A stretch of DNA of 52,478 nt, taken from NCBI GenBank assembly GCA_041306005.1, contig JBFYKJ010000056.1:1-52478 (forward strand), in the 5' to 3' direction. Positions 48,498 through 52,478 of this stretch are shown in pieces; the first letter of the stretch is position 1; every line of letters starts with the position of its first letter. The notes beneath the pieces were generated by a model. It worked only from the letters and a program-made list of their open reading frames with translations. It made no database searches and was not told where the DNA came from. This DNA is from Candidatus Altiarchaeota archaeon (lineage in GTDB: Archaea; Altiarchaeota; Altiarchaeia; JAFGQM01). Made by a program: the position numbers and the translations under genes.

Positions 48498-50288
48498 TCA
48501 CGCGCAGTCCTGCGGGCACACGCCCATGTTCCGCTCCACCTGGTCGCAGGTCCCGTCGCCGCAAAGTCCGGTCTGCGGTCCGGGGTTCCCGGTCTGCGTG
48601 CCGCAGTCCTGCGGGCAGACGCGCATGTTCCGCTCTATCTCGTCGCACGTCCCGTCGCCGCAAAGTCCGGTCTGCGGTCCGGTTCCAGTCCCCGGCCCGC
48701 CGTCCTGCTGCGAAACTGGCGTCGGCGAGAAACCGGACGCCGCGCCGGATGCCTCTTCGATGAAAACCGGGCTGTCGCCCAGCTGCAGTGTCAGCGTGCC
48801 CGAAGCAACGTTCACGACACCAGATTTGAAAGCCGTTGAATAAGATGCGACGTCTTTGCCATTCTGCCGGTTCGGCACGGCCTCGGCCACCTCGGCTTTG
48901 CTTATCCCGGCTATCGGCACAGTGGCGGTCTTCGTCTTTGCGCCCGGCTCGTTCCAATAATCCCACCAGACTACCCACACGGGCTTGCCGCCCTTTGTGA
49001 ACTTGAACGCGTATATGTTGTCCTCGCCGGCAATGACTGTCTCTATGCCCCCCCAGTCGGAGCCCTCCAGAGTCTCGGTCATCCGTTTATAGGTGTAATA
49101 TGCCAGCTTCTTCGTCCCGCGGCTGGGCTCCCCCGAGCCCTGGCCGTCATATATCAGGCCCATGTATGCGAAAAAATTATTGTTGTCCTGGTAGCCCTCC
49201 ACCACGCTCAGCCACATCGCCCTCTTCACGCCCCTAGACAGCAGATAGACATAGCGCTTGAGCAGGTCCAGGGCGTGCTGCCGCTCGCTCTGCGCCCCAA
49301 ACACGGCGTCGGGCGGGTCGCCGGACCAGGTGCCCATCTCGGTCACCCATATGGGGACATCGCCATACCCGGTCTCGTCGAGGCGTTTCCTTACGTGGCC
49401 TATTATGTCAATGCCGTCTGCGTCCCTAAGGAGATAATCGCCCGATGCGTCCCCGTAGAAATGCAGGTCGACGACGTCGATATAACTGCCGCCGAGCTCC
49501 TGCAATACAGGGAGGTAATACTTGTCGAAGTTATTGGTGTATTGCGGGCTGGCCGACGAGCCCGCCAGCAGGACGCGGGTGCCCGGATCGGCCTCCTTTG
49601 CAGCCTCATAAGTGATTCTCTGCACGCCGGCGAAACCCTCGATGCCCCTGCCGTTCATCATGGCTTCCAGGTCAATCTCATTTCCCACCTGCCAATATCG
49701 TATCGGGCTCTTAAGCCCGGGCATGTCGTCCACGCCGTCGCCGTCGTAGCGCTCGACAGCGGCCTTGACGAACGCCGCGTATTTCCGTTCGTCCACGGGC
49801 TGCCAGGTATCGCCAACGTAATATGACGGCCTCGACGGCCTGACCTGCGAGCCCGATTGGGCTGGCCCGGACGGCGCACCAGACGGTGCTGGCCCGATTG
49901 GCGACGGCGCTATGTTGGTCACCAGAAGCATGCCCTCCGGCACCCGCTGCCATTGTGCGTCATATTCGCTGAAATCGTATTCGTCCTTGCTCAAATCGCT
50001 CTGGACGAAGTTCCAGAACGTGTAAAGCCCTTCCCTCATCCAACGGGCCCCGATCTCCTTTAAGGTTTCTTCGGCACCGCGGACTAAGTGAAAGCCGAAC
50101 GGGGAGTCGGCATATTGGCCGGCGGCAGTGCATGCGCCGCAGTCTAAGGGGCATGATGAGCAAGTCTCGCCGCTGCACGCGCCGTCTCCGCAGCTTGCAG
50201 GCGCCGTCGTTGGAGGTTGGGACATCAGCAAGTATGCAACTATCGCGATGGACACTGCACCAACAATCGCTATGGCTCGTTTGTCCAC
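48498..50288 (-). CDS. Secreted/anchored clan-GH-A-like glycoside hydrolase with an N-terminal and two C-terminal CGDGxC modules
   Basis: N-terminal hydrophobic anchor or signal. CGDGACSGETCSSCPLDCGAC at 50130-50192. TIM-barrel-like core with WQVGNEID (putative acid/base NE) and IWVTEMG (putative nucleophile) about 115 aa apart. A beta-sandwich-like region. Then 2x LCGDGTCD(E/Q)(I/V)ERNM(R/G)VCPQDC at 48501-48665. Confidence 0.6.
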   Translation of the reverse strand: MDKRAIAIVGAVSIAIVAYLLMSQPPTTAPASCGDGACSGETCSSCPLDCGACTAAGQYADSPFGFHLVRGAEETLKEIGARWMREGLYTFWNFVQSDLSKDEYDFSEYDAQWQRVPEGMLLVTNIAPSPIGPAPSGAPSGPAQSGSQVRPSRPSYYVGDTWQPVDERKYAAFVKAAVERYDGDGVDDMPGLKSPIRYWQVGNEIDLEAMMNGRGIEGFAGVQRITYEAAKEADPGTRVLLAGSSASPQYTNNFDKYYLPVLQELGGSYIDVVDLHFYGDASGDYLLRDADGIDIIGHVRKRLDETGYGDVPIWVTEMGTWSGDPPDAVFGAQSERQHALDLLKRYVYLLSRGVKRAMWLSVVEGYQDNNNFFAYMGLIYDGQGSGEPSRGTKKLAYYTYKRMTETLEGSDWGGIETVIAGEDNIYAFKFTKGGKPVWVVWWDYWNEPGAKTKTATVPIAGISKAEVAEAVPNRQNGKDVASYSTAFKSGVVNVASGTLTLQLGDSPVFIEEASGAASGFSPTPVSQQDGGPGTGTGPQTGLCGDGTCDEIERNMRVCPQDCGTQTGNPGPQTGLCGDGTCDQVERNMGVCPQDCA

Positions 50289-50340
50289 GTCAGTCTAAGG
50301 GCGGATGCCTTGGGGAGATTAACCGCCCTACCAAGAAAAA

Positions 50341-52185
50341 TCAGGGGCAGTCCTGCGGGCAGACGCCTATGTTCCGCTCCACCTCGTCGCACGTCCCATC
50401 CCCGCACTTCCCAGTTCCCGGTCCGTTCCCGGTCCCCGAACAATCGGCGGGGCAGAGCTGCGGGTTTTGCCTCTCGGTATCATCGCATATCCCGTCGCCG
50501 CACTTTTCCGTCACCGGCCCGTTCCCGGTCCCCGAACAATCGGCGGGGCAGAGCGACGGGTTCGCAGACTCTATCTCGTCGCACGTCCCGTCGCCGCACT
50601 TTCCGATATCGGGTTGCCCGTTATCATCTGGTGCCCCGCCCCCGGCGCCAGAAATCGGTGAATACGCATACTGCGGCAGGCTCTGGCAAGAGCCGCACTC
50701 CTCGATGTACACGGGCCCGGCGCCTAGCTCCAGCCGAAGGATGCCCTGCGAATCGGAAGAAGCCTTGAACTCGATGCCTTCCATCGTCGTCACCTTGAAG
50801 GTCCCTGTCCCGACCTGCAGGCTCGTCGTCTGCGAAGCGGGCGCCTGCGCGCGGCCGAAAGTCGAGTGGCCCTCGAACCGCACGGGCACGAATGCGACGT
50901 AGATGCTCTTGCCGCCGCCCTCGAACTTCTCGGCCCAATAACCTGCGCCGTTCACCTCGCCCGCGACGTGCTGGACGTGGTTCGGGTACTGCAGCATTAT
51001 CCTGCGCATGGTCTTGAAAGCGTAATACCCCGCACGGTACTCGTTCGGGCTGCCCAATACCGCCATCCCAAAGTCCTCGCCCTGCGCCATTTTGGACGTC
51101 ACGCCCATCGCCACAGCCTGGCAGAACCTGCCTTCGGCCTTGCCCTTGGCGTGCGTCAGAAGATAGCCTTGCGCCAGCTGCGCGGCCGCAAGCTCCTCGC
51201 CAAAGTACTTCGGCCCGTATGCGCACTCGGTATAGACTACAGGGACCTCGGACTTGCCGTGATCCGCCAAGAAGTCATGCAGGTGGTCCTCAAGGTCGTA
51301 CTGCGAGGAGAAGTAGTACTCGCTCGTCTGCGTCCCGCCGGTGTAGGCGTAGTCATGCATGGAGAAACAGTCGATGTTATCCAAATTGTCCAAGTATGGC
51401 CCAAAACGGTCGAATACCTCCTGGGTGTCGTCAGCCATGTTCTTCGTGCCTATCCCGAGCGGCTGGTGGATGCTGGCCGAGCAGACTTTGATGTCCGGGT
51501 CGATGCTCTTTACCCGCTCATAGACCGAGTTGTCGACTTCTGCGAGATACTCCGTAGTGTCGCCCCAGAGGCATGGCGTGACGGGCTCGTTCTCAAGCTC
51601 CACGAAGCTTATTCTCATCTTGCCCTTGTATCTTTTCGTGAAATTGCCGAGGAAGTCCGCCGCGTATGCAGGGTCGCTCGGCGCGGGGTTCGGAGACCCC
51701 ATGAACTTGGTGCACTGGCTGACGTCCACCGCCGGCGTCCTCTTTACCGCCCAATCCGGGTTCCCGGCCTGCATGAGTATGATCATAGTCTTGAGGCCGT
51801 ACCTGTCTATCATGTCAGCTATGCTGTCGAACTTGGACCAGTCGTATTGGCCCTTCGCGGGCTCGATGGACTTCCACTGAGGGTTTATCTTGACGTAATT
51901 CACGCCAAGTTCCTGCTTTGCTATCCTGAATATCTCGTCTATCTTGTCGTCCGGGAGTGAGAATGCGTCGTAGCCTATGTAAAGGGAGTAGAGCATGTCG
52001 ACTTTGGGTTCTGGGGATGTGCCGCACGAACCACAGTCGGATTGGCATGAAGTGCAGGTCTCGCCGCTGGAGCAGGAACCATCCCCACACCGAGCAGGCG
52101 GCTGCGGCGGCGCGGAAGGCTGCATGAGCATACATGCGGCTGCGATTATCGCTATCGCAAGCAATGTGAGCATTCGTTTGTCCAC
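50341..52185 (-). CDS. Secreted/anchored clan-GH-A-like glycoside hydrolase with an N-terminal and three C-terminal CGDGxC modules
   Basis: Same layout as the preceding hydrolase. CGDGSCSSGETCTSCQSDCGSC at 52024-52089. FVELENEP and VVYTECAYG motifs. Three KCGDG(T/I)CD...CP(A/Q)DC modules at 50344-50601, separated by SGTGNGP linkers. Confidence 0.6.
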   Translation of the reverse strand: MDKRMLTLLAIAIIAAACMLMQPSAPPQPPARCGDGSCSSGETCTSCQSDCGSCGTSPEPKVDMLYSLYIGYDAFSLPDDKIDEIFRIAKQELGVNYVKINPQWKSIEPAKGQYDWSKFDSIADMIDRYGLKTMIILMQAGNPDWAVKRTPAVDVSQCTKFMGSPNPAPSDPAYAADFLGNFTKRYKGKMRISFVELENEPVTPCLWGDTTEYLAEVDNSVYERVKSIDPDIKVCSASIHQPLGIGTKNMADDTQEVFDRFGPYLDNLDNIDCFSMHDYAYTGGTQTSEYYFSSQYDLEDHLHDFLADHGKSEVPVVYTECAYGPKYFGEELAAAQLAQGYLLTHAKGKAEGRFCQAVAMGVTSKMAQGEDFGMAVLGSPNEYRAGYYAFKTMRRIMLQYPNHVQHVAGEVNGAGYWAEKFEGGGKSIYVAFVPVRFEGHSTFGRAQAPASQTTSLQVGTGTFKVTTMEGIEFKASSDSQGILRLELGAGPVYIEECGSCQSLPQYAYSPISGAGGGAPDDNGQPDIGKCGDGTCDEIESANPSLCPADCSGTGNGPVTEKCGDGICDDTERQNPQLCPADCSGTGNGPGTGKCGDGTCDEVERNIGVCPQDCP

Positions 52186-52212
52186 TTTAGGTTTATCGGT
52201 TGCAGGAAAAAA

Positions 52213-52470
52213 TCATTTCCCGACCATCCTTCTCGTCGCCGCGCGCAGGCCCGCGCGCATCGCGGATCTTATTTCCTTCTCGGGTGCGGTCTTCAAGTCG
52301 CCGACTTTGCCCAAGAACACGGCCTCCCATATGTCGCCTATCCCGGTTTTCTCCCTTATCCTTCGCGGGTCGATGTATTCAACGGGCACCGAGATTATCT
52401 TCCCGCCCCTCTTGACCGCGGTCTCCTTCTGCCCGTGCATGACGACGATTTCGTTGCGCAGTTTTAACAT
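52213..52470 (-). CDS. Hypothetical protein, possibly 5'-partial at the window edge
   Basis: 85-aa ORF. Its start lies within 8 nt of the right window edge. No family recognised. Confidence 0.35.
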   Translation of the reverse strand: MLKLRNEIVVMHGQKETAVKRGGKIISVPVEYIDPRRIREKTGIGDIWEAVFLGKVGDLKTAPEKEIRSAMRAGLRAATRRMVGK

Positions 52471-52478
52471 CCCGGTCC

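Noticed and set aside
50296-50330. Short inverted repeat AGGGCGG...CCGCCCT between the two hydrolase genes, as a terminator
   Set aside because: It has only a 7-bp stem with an 18-nt loop and no T-run. This is too weak to call.

Overview
GC-rich, tightly packed archaeal chromosomal segment with about 55 genes. The archaeal assignment rests on the PolD small subunit, the exosome/proteasome superoperon, aIF2-gamma, aIF5B, Elp3, FEN1, RNase P Pop5 and KEOPS Pcc1. I could not recognise any rRNA, tRNA or CRISPR array by eye.

Housekeeping content:
- ilvD and the PolD small subunit.
- A nine-gene minus-strand superoperon: pop5-psmA-SBDS-rrp4-rrp41-rrp42-rpl37ae-rpoP-pcc1, followed by a class-II-type HMG-CoA reductase.
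- fen1, pdxS and pdxT, elp3, dCMP deaminase, trpD-trpC-trpF, aIF2-gamma, S6e, and an intein-containing aIF5B.

Non-routine content:
1. An LpxC-family deacetylase whose zinc-binding and catalytic C-terminus lies behind an in-frame TAG (2280-2282).
2. Two tandem giant paralogous surface proteins (1278 and about 1447 aa). Each has an N-terminal membrane anchor, three dockerin-like Ca-binding modules and MopE-like Cys motifs. They are co-directional with an A24 prepilin-type peptidase.
3. Two tandem secreted clan-GH-A-like hydrolases.
4. A short four-Cys module (CGDGxC...CPxDC) shared by all four of these secreted proteins, nine copies in total. It sits next to the membrane anchor in each, and also in C-terminal tandem arrays in the hydrolases. 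The terminal copies are nearly identical at DNA level between the two hydrolase genes.
5. Six perfect copies of the 15-mer TGGGTTGTGCTTGGG plus a 16-bp hairpin, in a convergent intergenic region. This lies beside an orphan HerA-like ATPase, a wHTH gene whose promoter carries a candidate palindromic operator (autoregulation inferred), and a protein made of three TFIIB-cyclin-like repeats.
6. A hicBA module plus a methyltransferase gene inserted between pdxS and pdxT.
7. An RGG-rich tail on Rrp4.
8. A recurrent intergenic 11-mer, GTTACACTACA.

All functional calls come from by-eye motif recognition. No database search was run.
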